From a virus (lineage: Duplodnaviria > Heunggongvirae > Uroviricota > Caudoviricetes), in IMG/VR virus record IMGVR_UViG_3300023184_000031, positions 42,256 to 106,255 of that record: a stretch of 64,000 bases of DNA; one strand, 5' to 3'. A program made the translations under genes and the position numbers. The notes beneath the pieces are model-generated. The model saw only the letters and a program-made list of their open reading frames with translations, was not told where the DNA came from and did no database searches. Shown one piece after another: positions 29,582 through 39,554 of the stretch (positions are counted from its first letter, which is position 1; each line of letters starts with the position of its first letter).

Positions 29582-29831
29582 ACCTATATTCTTTAAACAA
29601 ATACATGAAATAGTATTTCATGGAAAAGGTGGATATGATTGGGAAACTGTTTATAATATGCCATTATGGTTGCGTAGAACTACGTTTAACATGATGAAGG
29701 AACATTACGATAAGGAGGCAGAAGAAGCAGAAAAACAACAAAACATGCTAAAAAACAACAGCAAAAGTGAAATAGCACGACCAAACATAACTCCAACACC
29801 TAATTATACTACAAAGGCGCCTAAAAAATAG
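29556..29831 (+). CDS. Start-less +1-frame ORF (gp51-like), probably the frameshifted extension of the gp26-like gene
   Basis: Manual translation FFGLTPEYRPIFFKQIHEIVFHGKGGYDWETVYNMPLWLRRTTF...; first ATG only at 29658. Confidence 0.7.
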   Translation, partial: FFGLTPEYRPIFFKQIHEIVFHGKGGYDWETVYNMPLWLRRTTFNMMKEHYDKEAEEAEKQQNMLKNNSKSEIARPNITPTPNYTTKAPKK

Positions 29832-29839
29832 GCGCTTTT
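29814..29839 (+). terminator. Intrinsic terminator overlapping the end of the +1-frame ORF
   Basis: Stem AAGGCGCCT/AGGCGCTTT. Confidence 0.65.
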
Positions 29840-29840
29840 A

Positions 29841-29848
29841 ATATTTAT
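29841..29848 (+). promoter_or_regulatory. ATATTTAT motif
   Basis: 18 nt before the tape-measure ATG. Confidence 0.55.
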
Positions 29849-29866
29849 ATGCATAATACTGTATAA

Positions 29867-32152
29867 ATGGCATCAGCACCAACACCACAAGAATTACAAG
29901 AATTAATAAATTTATATCAACAGGTTGATAATTTAACTGCTCAACAAGCCCAATTAATGGCCAATGTTGCCACAAATGCAGGAAATGTTAATAAAGAAAT
30001 ATCAAGACTAAAAAATGAATTAACTTCTGTTAATAATACTTTTGGTAGTATAGCTCAGTCTTTAAAAGATTCTATTCAAGAATTTTCAAGACTTAATACA
30101 ACAGCATCTAGCACCAAAAAATCCTTCATCTCATTACAAAGTATAGCATCTAAGCTACTACATGACCAATCAGGATATGCTCAATTATCTGAAAAAGAAT
30201 TAAATAGATTAAAAGAAAAAACAACATTAGAATTTCAAAATTTACGCATAAACATAGCATCTGGGAAATTATCAACAGATCAACGACAAGAAGCACTTGA
30301 TGTTGGTATAAGAACGGTTAGACTTATCAGATTATTACGTGAAAGATTAGAATTAGAAAAAAACATCACTAAAAATTTAGGTTTAACAGGTAAAGCATAT
30401 AAAGGAATTCAATCCACTCTACAAAAACTAGGAGTAGATAGTCAAGTTCTAGATAATATGAATGAAAAATTAAGAGAGGCTGCGGAAAAGGGAAAAGTTG
30501 GATTTAAAAAATTATTTGAAGTTACTAAAGAAGGTTTTAAAGAAGCAATGGAAGATCCTGCTTTTCGTTTTGCTGTTGGAATGAAATTATTAACATCTGC
30601 TTTTAATGATATTAAAAAAGCATTTGAAATATGGAAAGAATTTAATGCTATTTTAGTAGAAACCTCTCGCAACTTAGGCCAATCAGTAGAACAAGTCACT
30701 AAAATGGCTCAAGGTGCTAAGGAGGTTCAAGGTAGATTTGATGGTAATGTTTATACACTCAAACAAACAGCACAAGCTATATCTAATATCAATGATGAAT
30801 TAAACTTATCTGTTCAAATTAGTGGCGAAACATTAAATGAATTTACAGCAATGACAAACCAAATGGGTTTGACAGCGGCTGAAGCAAGTAAAATTCAAAA
30901 GCTAGGTTTATTAAATAATTTATCTTTAAAAGATACTAATAAAACTATAGCAGCAGGGATAATAGCTACTCAAAAATCAACTGGTGTTCAAATTAGTGCT
31001 AAGCAAGTATTTCAAGAGATAGGTAAACTTAGTGCTGGTATAACAGCTAAGTTCCAACAGAATCCTAGATTAATAGCAGAAGCAGTAGCTCAAGCTAAAG
31101 CATTAGGTACTAATTTAGAAACAATAGATAAAATTGGAGAATCATTATTAAATTGGGAATCATCAATTGAAAATGAATTAGAAGCTGAATTAATAACTGG
31201 CAGAAAGATCAATGTTGAAAAAGCACGTTATGCTGCTTTAACAGGTGATCAATTATCTTTAACTAAGGAAATAGCAGATCAAGTAGGTAACCTAGCCGAC
31301 TTCCAAAACATGAATGTTATTGCTCAAACTTCATTAGCTAAAGCATTTGGATTAAGTAAAGATGAATTGGCTCAGATGCTTCAACAACAAGAAGTATTTA
31401 ATAAATTAGGAGATGTATCTGGAAAATCAGCAGCTGAGCAATTAAAAATAGCTAGAGAAAGAGGATTAACTGAAACTGATTCATTAGTGGTAAATTTACA
31501 ACAACAAGCAGCAACTGAAAAATTAGCAGCTACCTGGGATAGTATAAAATTAGCATTAGCTGATATACTTAATGGTCCTTTTAGTGGTCTTGTAAGTATG
31601 ATGGGATTTTTTGCAAAAAATTCCTGGGCTGCATATACTGCTTTAAGTTTAATGGGAGCAATATCAATTGCAAAATTAATAACAGGTTTAATAACAATGG
31701 CAACAACATTAGGAATATCTGCCATAGAAGCCTTAACATTACTAAGTGCTCTTACATTAGGAGTAGGAATTGCAGTAGCTATAGCTGGTATGATAGCTGG
31801 TAAATCAGCAATGGAATCTCAATCAGCCGATCTTGCAAATAATGCTCCTAAATTTGCTAAGGGAGGTATTGTAACTGGAGAAATAAGAAATGCAACAATA
31901 GGTGAAGCTGGTGCTGAAGCTATTATTCCTCTAAATTCACCAAAAGCAGATAATATATTAGGTGGTGGCAATAACAATAATGCTATGGCTCAAACTATAG
32001 GTGATAAACTAGATAAACATTTTCAAGCAATTGCTGGTTTTGTACAAAGACCTGCTGTTATACATGGTGAAAATGCATTTGTAAATAATCTAGGACGAAA
32101 TTCAAATTTAGGTACCGCTCAAAATATAAATACTAAGTATCAATTAGCATAA
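29867..32152 (+). CDS. Tape-measure protein
   Basis: Long A/L/K/Q-rich helical protein after tube and chaperone; hydrophobic segments near the C-terminus; FAKGGIV...GEAGAEAIIPL motif. Confidence 0.85.
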   Translation: MASAPTPQELQELINLYQQVDNLTAQQAQLMANVATNAGNVNKEISRLKNELTSVNNTFGSIAQSLKDSIQEFSRLNTTASSTKKSFISLQSIASKLLHDQSGYAQLSEKELNRLKEKTTLEFQNLRINIASGKLSTDQRQEALDVGIRTVRLIRLLRERLELEKNITKNLGLTGKAYKGIQSTLQKLGVDSQVLDNMNEKLREAAEKGKVGFKKLFEVTKEGFKEAMEDPAFRFAVGMKLLTSAFNDIKKAFEIWKEFNAILVETSRNLGQSVEQVTKMAQGAKEVQGRFDGNVYTLKQTAQAISNINDELNLSVQISGETLNEFTAMTNQMGLTAAEASKIQKLGLLNNLSLKDTNKTIAAGIIATQKSTGVQISAKQVFQEIGKLSAGITAKFQQNPRLIAEAVAQAKALGTNLETIDKIGESLLNWESSIENELEAELITGRKINVEKARYAALTGDQLSLTKEIADQVGNLADFQNMNVIAQTSLAKAFGLSKDELAQMLQQQEVFNKLGDVSGKSAAEQLKIARERGLTETDSLVVNLQQQAATEKLAATWDSIKLALADILNGPFSGLVSMMGFFAKNSWAAYTALSLMGAISIAKLITGLITMATTLGISAIEALTLLSALTLGVGIAVAIAGMIAGKSAMESQSADLANNAPKFAKGGIVTGEIRNATIGEAGAEAIIPLNSPKADNILGGGNNNNAMAQTIGDKLDKHFQAIAGFVQRPAVIHGENAFVNNLGRNSNLGTAQNINTKYQLA

Positions 32153-32190
32153 ACTATCAATATTTATTGACACAATAAAACAATAAAAAC

Positions 32191-32553
32191 ATGGCATCAG
32201 TACTTGACCAATTACCAACCAGTAACTTTAGCTTACCAGGTAATAACCTTAGAGCAAATCCTTCGCAACCAGCATGGGGGTATAAAGATAGCACAGGTAA
32301 TTTAGATCCTGCACAAAGTAAACTACAATATACTTACTCAGTAGATGGTAATCCTAATGAACGTATTGTAGATTTTAATAGAGCAGCATTAGGCGGTGTT
32401 ACATCAGTAAAACCACCAGCTACATTAGATGAATTAGATCGTAACGCACCAAATAATACTCAAGCGGGTATGGGCGGTGTTGTATCTCAAATATACAAAT
32501 CACCAAGCGGCCGTCGATATAAAGATTTAGGACCTCAACCAGGAAGATACTAA
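32191..32553 (+). CDS. Hypothetical tail-region protein
   Basis: ATATTTAT at 32160-32167; 120 aa. Confidence 0.6.
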   Translation: MASVLDQLPTSNFSLPGNNLRANPSQPAWGYKDSTGNLDPAQSKLQYTYSVDGNPNERIVDFNRAALGGVTSVKPPATLDELDRNAPNNTQAGMGGVVSQIYKSPSGRRYKDLGPQPGRY

Positions 32554-32564
32554 TAGTTATATAA

Positions 32565-34532
32565 ATGCCTTTAATAAACCTACGAACAAACTTAAAGTCC
32601 CTTAAGTATGGACATGATCGTCCTGATGGGGGAAGTAGTGCTCAGCCTTATATCCAAACAGATATTAATAAGGCGAACAGTGGAATCCCGTTTGATGAAG
32701 GACTTATTAGAGGTGGTGCTATAGGTGCTGCAAAATCATCAATAACTGATACACTTCGTATTAGTAAATTCTTTACTGATTTACCTAAAGGTCCATTGTT
32801 TATAGCTAAACAAATTGGACTACAGTTATCTAATCCACGATTAGAGGTACCTAAAAATCCAATAAACATAGCAGCAGGTGGATTAAATAATGCATTAGCT
32901 GCATCTACAGGTGGATTGTTATCCCCAACACGTATATATAATTTAGGTATTAATACAATAGCACAAATACCAGTTACGGCATTTGGTCTTCATTTTAACA
33001 GACATGGTTTATTACCTATCCAAGATAAAGATAGTAAATATGAAGCTGTAGTAAAGGCTAATAATAATTTAAGCGATCAAGCAAATATAGCAAACACTGC
33101 TATTCAGTCCGTATTTGGATTTAATCCTAAATTTACTCAATTAACAGCTAATAGATTAGTACTATTAAAAAGTAAATTTAAATTAGGAGATAGAGTTCCT
33201 AATGATCCATTAAATGGAAACCAATTAATAATAGATCAATATATTGCCGGTCCTGGTTCTGTTTATGGTGTAGGTAATACAATCATCCATAGAGCAGAAG
33301 GTAGTAACACAGAAAATGGAGCCGCAATATCGGGATCATTAGATAATAGTAGACATTTTGCTGGTTATACTAGAAATGATAAAGGAGATCAACAAAATGT
33401 AAATTATACTAGTGGATTAGGTAAAGGTAGTAATGCTATATCAACTGCAATTCCCCCAGCATTTAGTGATAAAACTGAAATAAATAAAGGAATATCTAAT
33501 AATGTTATTCAATATAATCTAAATTCATCTATAGGAAAATACACTCAGTTACAATCTCAAATTCAGAAACAACAACAACTTAAAATATATAAAAATAGTA
33601 TTAGTGGAAGTGGAGGTATAGATAATTCTAAAGGAGCATATTCTACTGATCCTATTGAAGTAAAATATAAAAATACATATGGTGATGTAATTACAACTAC
33701 AGGTTTTGATAATTGGTCAAAAATATCTCGTGAAAATAGAGTTGGTGATTTCGGACCAACTGCTCAATATAAAAATGGTAGAAAAGATTCTATCAATTTA
33801 ACACCATTATTTACAGAAGGATCATATTTTGGAAATGATGTTACTCCCGATGGATTACATAATACACGCGATTTAGTAAAATTTAGAATCCAAGCTGTAA
33901 ATACACACAACCCCTCTTCAGGAGTATGGATGATATTCAGAGCATTATTAACAAATTTTACAGACAATGTTGATGCTAAATGGACTGATATAAATTATGT
34001 TGGTAGAGGTAATCCATTTCATATATATAATGGATTTAGTCGTAAAATACAAATTGGATTTAAAGTAGCAGCATTATCCGCTGAAGAAATGCAACCAATG
34101 TATTCTAAATTAAATTATTTAATGTCTAATTTAATGCCTGACTATACTGATTCTAGTGGTAACCCTAGCATCTTAATGAAGGGTCCATTAGTTAGAATGA
34201 CAGTAGGTAATTATTTAGATTCTCAACTTGGAAAATTAGATTCTATTTCATATACTGTACAAAACGAATCACCTTGGGAAATAGCATTAGATGAACCAGA
34301 AGGTGGAACAAAACAACTGATACTACCCCATATTATAGAGGTATCGTTAGGATTTACACCAATTGGCGCTGAAACCAGACAACGTAATAAAATTGAAGCT
34401 AAGAGTAGTACTACTTCATACTTGGCTCAAAATAATACAGGGGCCGATTTTAAAACAATACAATACGTTGATAAAGCAGAAAATTCTGTTACTCCTGGAC
34501 AAACTAGTGGTCTTAATCTTACAGGATTTTAA
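32565..34532 (+). CDS. Baseplate / tail-tube initiator-like protein (gp48/gp54-like C-terminal domain)
   Basis: C-terminal FRALLTNFTD..W..INYVGR...Y.GFSRKIQIGFKV tube-fold pattern; synteny. Confidence 0.65.
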   Translation: MPLINLRTNLKSLKYGHDRPDGGSSAQPYIQTDINKANSGIPFDEGLIRGGAIGAAKSSITDTLRISKFFTDLPKGPLFIAKQIGLQLSNPRLEVPKNPINIAAGGLNNALAASTGGLLSPTRIYNLGINTIAQIPVTAFGLHFNRHGLLPIQDKDSKYEAVVKANNNLSDQANIANTAIQSVFGFNPKFTQLTANRLVLLKSKFKLGDRVPNDPLNGNQLIIDQYIAGPGSVYGVGNTIIHRAEGSNTENGAAISGSLDNSRHFAGYTRNDKGDQQNVNYTSGLGKGSNAISTAIPPAFSDKTEINKGISNNVIQYNLNSSIGKYTQLQSQIQKQQQLKIYKNSISGSGGIDNSKGAYSTDPIEVKYKNTYGDVITTTGFDNWSKISRENRVGDFGPTAQYKNGRKDSINLTPLFTEGSYFGNDVTPDGLHNTRDLVKFRIQAVNTHNPSSGVWMIFRALLTNFTDNVDAKWTDINYVGRGNPFHIYNGFSRKIQIGFKVAALSAEEMQPMYSKLNYLMSNLMPDYTDSSGNPSILMKGPLVRMTVGNYLDSQLGKLDSISYTVQNESPWEIALDEPEGGTKQLILPHIIEVSLGFTPIGAETRQRNKIEAKSSTTSYLAQNNTGADFKTIQYVDKAENSVTPGQTSGLNLTGF

Positions 34533-34542
34533 TAAATAATAA

Positions 34543-34851
34543 ATGGCAACAAGATACGATAATCCAACTATACTAATCACTTCACAAGGTGTACCGTATG
34601 AAAAGGGTAAATTTTATCCTAATATACCTCCATCTGATACAGATGTTTATGTTATCACAACAGTAGGAGATAGATTGGATTACTTAGCTTATACTTATTA
34701 TAATGACTCTGAAATGTGGTGGGTAATAGCAGCTGCAAATAATAATGTAACTAATGGATTATTATTTCCTATACCAGGCACACAATTAAGAATACCAACT
34801 GATTTAAGTAGTGTTTTACGTTTAACTAATCAATTTAATAAAGCCAGATAA
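34543..34851 (+). CDS. LysM-like baseplate protein (gp53 / tail X-like)
   Basis: GDRLDYLAYTYYNDSEMWWVIAAAN...GTQLRIP. Confidence 0.85.
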   Translation: MATRYDNPTILITSQGVPYEKGKFYPNIPPSDTDVYVITTVGDRLDYLAYTYYNDSEMWWVIAAANNNVTNGLLFPIPGTQLRIPTDLSSVLRLTNQFNKAR

Positions 34852-34861
34852 ATGTTATGTT

Positions 34862-35401
34862 ATGACTAAGGAAGAAAGAAAAGAATATAATAAGCTTTAT
34901 TATATTAATAATAAAGAAACTATTATAAAACAAACCCAACAGTATTATACTGATAATAAAGAAACTATTAATGAACGTAATAGAAAATATTCTAAAAATC
35001 ATTATAAAAAAAACTCAGAACGTTATAAATTATGTATGATTAATCGTTACAAAAACGATCCTCAAACTAAATTATCTTTATTATTAAGAGTTAGATTAAA
35101 TAATGCTTTAAAAAAATCAAAAAAATCCTATAGTTCTTTTAAATTATTAGGATGTTCTATTTATGATTATAAGCAATATTTAGAAAATCAATTTAAATTA
35201 GGTATGACATGGGATAATCATGGTGATATATGGGAGATAGATCATATTAAACCATGTAATAGTTTTGATTTAACAAATATAGAACAACAAAAACAATGCT
35301 TTCATTATACTAATTTACAACCATTATTTAAAACCACAGAAATAGCTAAATCTCTAGGGCATATTAATGAAATGGGTAATAGAAATAAATCTGATAATTA
35401 A
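34862..35401 (+). mobile_element. Free-standing HNH-type homing endonuclease in the baseplate operon
   Basis: K/Y-rich N-terminal repeats; LGCS...LE.QF..GMTWDNHG..WEIDHIKPC...FHYTNLQPL. Confidence 0.8.
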
Positions 35402-35403
35402 AA

Positions 35404-38400
35404 ATGTCGATATTCAAAAGTTCATTTTCTCAAGCAGTACAAGATCAATTAAAAGTACGCCAGGGCGCAATGCGGACCCGTACTGTTAATAACCTTCAGT
35501 ACCTAAACTCCCGTAACGCTTGGATTAGAATGACATCTAGTGTTAACGTTAATGGTACAAATGACTTAGCTAAAAAATATATCTTACAGGGTGGTACATT
35601 AAATCTAGATTCAAAATCTAAAGATCTAAAAGGATTAAATAAAAAATCCGGAATAGGAGATTTTAATAGTGCTTATAGCACAGGCATTGACCCAAAAAAT
35701 CCATATCAACGAGGAATAAGACCAATGCCTGGTATAGTATCAGCAGACATTAAATCCAAAACAGCATATGGTTCATTAAGAGAAGTAGTAATGAATTTTC
35801 AATGCTGGGATATACAGCAATTAGAAGATTTAGAAGTACTATATATGCGCCCTGGCTATACAGTATTAGTAGAATGGGGATGGACACCATATTTAAATAA
35901 TAAAGGCGAATATAAATCAGATTTTACTGATTATTATGATATAATAAATTCACCATCTCAAGATAGAACAGCACTATTTAAAGCACTATTTGATAAATCA
36001 GTATTATATGGTGGTAACTATGATGCTATGTTTGGCTATGTAAAAAATTATCAATGGTCAGCTAGAATGGATGGTGGATATGATTGTCAAACAACAATCA
36101 TTACTACAGGTGAGATTATTGAATCTCTTAAAGTAAATTATATATTACCACTGGATATAAAATCAATAACACAGCAACAACAAACTGTTACAAATTATAT
36201 CCAAAATGGAGGAACAACACCACAACAATCAGTTATACCCTTTGCTCCTGCTCCTCCACCACCCGCACCAACATTATCCGCTCTATTACCATCAGGAGTA
36301 CAACAAGTAGCTACTAATGCTGGTAATACAGGGGGATTATTAACAGATGAATTTACTGGGCCCGGAACATCAATAAGTTCTTGGTCACCAGCATATCAAC
36401 AAAACGTATTAGCAGGTGTATGGGCTGAAACATTTTGGAAAATTAAAAAAGATGTTCTTGAAAAAACAATAGAATTTAGTACTAATGCTAATAGTGCTTT
36501 TGTAATGAATGGTGGTGCTGGTGCTTGTACAAGTTTTATTCCTATCATAGAAACAATTAATAATCCAAATAGCTTAGCACAAGGAAGTGGCCCTAATCAG
36601 GTTTATATCTCAATAGGGGCTATGTGTGAGATTCTTAATAAATATATTATAGCAAAAGGATCAGATGGTCAACCATTAATAAGATTATCTGTAAAGGCAA
36701 ACGAATACGATCAAACATCACCAACAGGAAGTTATTTATATTGCACTGCTCATCCACTACAGGTATCTGTAGATCCTAGTGTGTGCTTAATAAAAAATCC
36801 ATTATGGATAGGAGGTGATGTTATTAATACAGTATCTGCTAGTATTGCTCCTATTACTTATACAACAGAAGCAGAAGCAGTATTTAGCTTATTAGTAAAA
36901 GGATTTAAAGATAAGGGTACTAATCCTACAAAGTTAAAAGAAGGATTTGCTTTATTAGCTAGCTATGGAAAGGATAAAGGACTACAGGTATATTATATAG
37001 TAGAACAATTTATGGCTGATAAAAAATCTAGTAATACTAGTTTTACTGAGAATTATGGTAGTATACAAGAAATGCTTAATAAAGAATTAGGAATTGGAAA
37101 CGGTAATGACATGCAAAAAATATATGAATCCTTACAAGTTATAGGAGTAAACGCAACTTGGGTAGATAATGGTTTTTTTGGATCTAATTTTTCAAGCCCA
37201 GGAGTATCTAATATTGTTATTACTGCACCTCCAAGCACAGCAAATACAGCAGCACTAACTACTATAGCAACAAAATCACCACAAGCTCTTTCTAATTTAG
37301 AATTTCTAAAAGATTTACCATTAGATTATTTTTATGAAAATAAGCCTGAATCTGAAATAGGAGTTATTAAAAATATCTTTGTAAATGTAGATTATCTTTA
37401 TCAAAGAGCACTAGACACAGGTCTCCAATCAGGTGATCAAAATCAAAGAAATGAAATCAGTTTATATACTTATCTAAAAAAAGTAATATCTGATATACAA
37501 GCCGCTATAGGTAATGTTAGTAGTTTTGAAATACATGTTGATCCTGTAGACAATAACGTAGCAAGAATAATTGATATTAATTATACTGAACCTAACAAAG
37601 CAACATACGATAAACTATTTGAATTACAGGTACATAACCTAGATTCAGTCGTTAGATCATATTCATTGCAATCCCAAATATTTCCAAATCAAAGTGCTTT
37701 AATAGCTATTGGCTCACAAGCTAAAGGAGGTCAATTAGGTATGCAGACTAATACTATGATTGATTTCAATAGAAGTTTAACCGATAGAATAATTACTGAA
37801 AAAGTAGATGGTATAGGAAGTAGAATTGGTGTTAATAGTAATAAACAACCAACAATAACAAACGGGTTAGCTAATATAATTTCATTATTTTCATCTCTTA
37901 ATCAATCAAAATCATCAACTGAATCAACAACAGACCAAAAAACAGATTATAGTGTTTTAGCATCAGGAGCTAAAAATTCATTACGTGATTTAATAGTTTA
38001 TTTTCAATCAATTGTAAAATCACCAGGTAGTAATAGAAATCTTATACCAACAAAATTTTCATGTGAAATGGATGGTATAGGAGGATTAGTAATAGGTCAT
38101 ATGTTTAGATTACCAGATAATATAATGCCTAGAGGATATAGAGGTGAAGGTATTGGTTCTAAATTAGGAAATGCTATTACCTCTATTGGACATACTATAT
38201 CTAATGGAGACTGGTCAACAAAAATAGATACATTAAATATTGTGTTAGATGATTCTAAATCACAATTCGCTATATTGGATTTAAGTCAAATAAAATCATT
38301 ACTTTTTGAAAGTATTAATAAGGAAACAGGAGGAAAAGCAACTATAAATCCTAATACAGCAGCCAATTTTGGACAAGTAGATTCTAGTATACCATCTTGG

Positions 38401-38976
38401 GGAAAAGCTATTCTAGATACAATAGCATACACAGAAGGAACAGCACGCTCCGGTCAAAATGGATATGATATTTTAGTTAATTATAATAAAATTCCAAATT
38501 GGACAGCAGATACTACCATTGGTCATCCAAATATACCTATAGATTGGGGAGGTGGCACAAGTACAGCAGCAGGAAGATATCAATTTTTATATAAGTCATG
38601 GCTTGGAATTAATGGAAATAAAAATGTTGCTATTAATAAAGCAAACCAAGATAATGCAGGATGGAAACTAGTAAAACAAAGAATATCAGGCGGAGAAAAT
38701 ACAGCTAAATCAGCATATAATATTGCTGCTGGTGGAGAAAAAGATGTTACTAAAAATGAATCTTTCCTTATTATGCTAGGGGTACAAAAAAGTGGATTAG
38801 CAGGAACATGGGCTTCTATTTGTGATAGATACGGCTCCTATCCATACACAAACCAAGGCTCAGGACTAACAACTCAAGAAATATACAATATTTATTTAGA
38901 AGCAATAAGTAAAAATGGTGGAAGTATTACAACATCTACTACTACTTCAACATTTTCATTAGCTCCTCGTATTTAA
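35404..38976 (+). CDS. Baseplate hub protein with C-terminal lambda-type lysozyme
   Basis: N-terminal RPMPGI, LYMRPGYTVLVEWGW; C-terminal AILDTIAYTEGT...GYDIL...STAAGRYQFL...WAS. Confidence 0.85.
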   Translation: MSIFKSSFSQAVQDQLKVRQGAMRTRTVNNLQYLNSRNAWIRMTSSVNVNGTNDLAKKYILQGGTLNLDSKSKDLKGLNKKSGIGDFNSAYSTGIDPKNPYQRGIRPMPGIVSADIKSKTAYGSLREVVMNFQCWDIQQLEDLEVLYMRPGYTVLVEWGWTPYLNNKGEYKSDFTDYYDIINSPSQDRTALFKALFDKSVLYGGNYDAMFGYVKNYQWSARMDGGYDCQTTIITTGEIIESLKVNYILPLDIKSITQQQQTVTNYIQNGGTTPQQSVIPFAPAPPPPAPTLSALLPSGVQQVATNAGNTGGLLTDEFTGPGTSISSWSPAYQQNVLAGVWAETFWKIKKDVLEKTIEFSTNANSAFVMNGGAGACTSFIPIIETINNPNSLAQGSGPNQVYISIGAMCEILNKYIIAKGSDGQPLIRLSVKANEYDQTSPTGSYLYCTAHPLQVSVDPSVCLIKNPLWIGGDVINTVSASIAPITYTTEAEAVFSLLVKGFKDKGTNPTKLKEGFALLASYGKDKGLQVYYIVEQFMADKKSSNTSFTENYGSIQEMLNKELGIGNGNDMQKIYESLQVIGVNATWVDNGFFGSNFSSPGVSNIVITAPPSTANTAALTTIATKSPQALSNLEFLKDLPLDYFYENKPESEIGVIKNIFVNVDYLYQRALDTGLQSGDQNQRNEISLYTYLKKVISDIQAAIGNVSSFEIHVDPVDNNVARIIDINYTEPNKATYDKLFELQVHNLDSVVRSYSLQSQIFPNQSALIAIGSQAKGGQLGMQTNTMIDFNRSLTDRIITEKVDGIGSRIGVNSNKQPTITNGLANIISLFSSLNQSKSSTESTTDQKTDYSVLASGAKNSLRDLIVYFQSIVKSPGSNRNLIPTKFSCEMDGIGGLVIGHMFRLPDNIMPRGYRGEGIGSKLGNAITSIGHTISNGDWSTKIDTLNIVLDDSKSQFAILDLSQIKSLLFESINKETGGKATINPNTAANFGQVDSSIPSWGKAILDTIAYTEGTARSGQNGYDILVNYNKIPNWTADTTIGHPNIPIDWGGGTSTAAGRYQFLYKSWLGINGNKNVAINKANQDNAGWKLVKQRISGGENTAKSAYNIAAGGEKDVTKNESFLIMLGVQKSGLAGTWASICDRYGSYPYTNQGSGLTTQEIYNIYLEAISKNGGSITTSTTTSTFSLAPRI

Positions 38977-38989
38977 TAAAAATTAATAT

Positions 38990-39517
38990 ATGGCATTAAG
39001 AATACCTAAAAATAAAATACAAGAAGGTAAGTATACCGCTGGTGGAGAGTATATAGTAGAATCAACAAATACTATATATCAAGGATATTATTATGAAGTA
39101 AATAGCGTATTTTATGCTGGTAAATCTTTTGATGTTAATGCTCTTAAATTAATACCAATAAAGGATAGGAATACTTTACTGAATAGAGGATTATCATTAG
39201 CTTTATTTTCTACAATATCTAAAATCACATCACAAACATTACAACAACCAAAAATAACTAGTATTCCTAATGGTCCTACTACTAATAGAAATATAACATC
39301 TAATACTGATAGATTTTATTGTAGTAAAATAAATCAACAACCTATTATAATAAAAGAAATTGATGAAACTACCTATACTTCTCTCAAATCAAATTCTTTA
39401 TATAAAGTTACATCAGTAAAATTTGTACCATCACCTGGATATGCTCAAGGAATACCTCAGAATCTAGATCAAGCAGAAAAAGAGCTTCCTGGTATAAGAA
39501 TTTTCTTGCTAGGCTAA
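38990..39517 (+). CDS. Hypothetical baseplate-region protein
   Basis: 175-aa ORF closing the structural module. Confidence 0.6.
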   Translation: MALRIPKNKIQEGKYTAGGEYIVESTNTIYQGYYYEVNSVFYAGKSFDVNALKLIPIKDRNTLLNRGLSLALFSTISKITSQTLQQPKITSIPNGPTTNRNITSNTDRFYCSKINQQPIIIKEIDETTYTSLKSNSLYKVTSVKFVPSPGYAQGIPQNLDQAEKELPGIRIFLLG

Positions 39518-39554
39518 ACTTCCTTTCGTATCTTCAATTCAAAGGTTATGAAAT

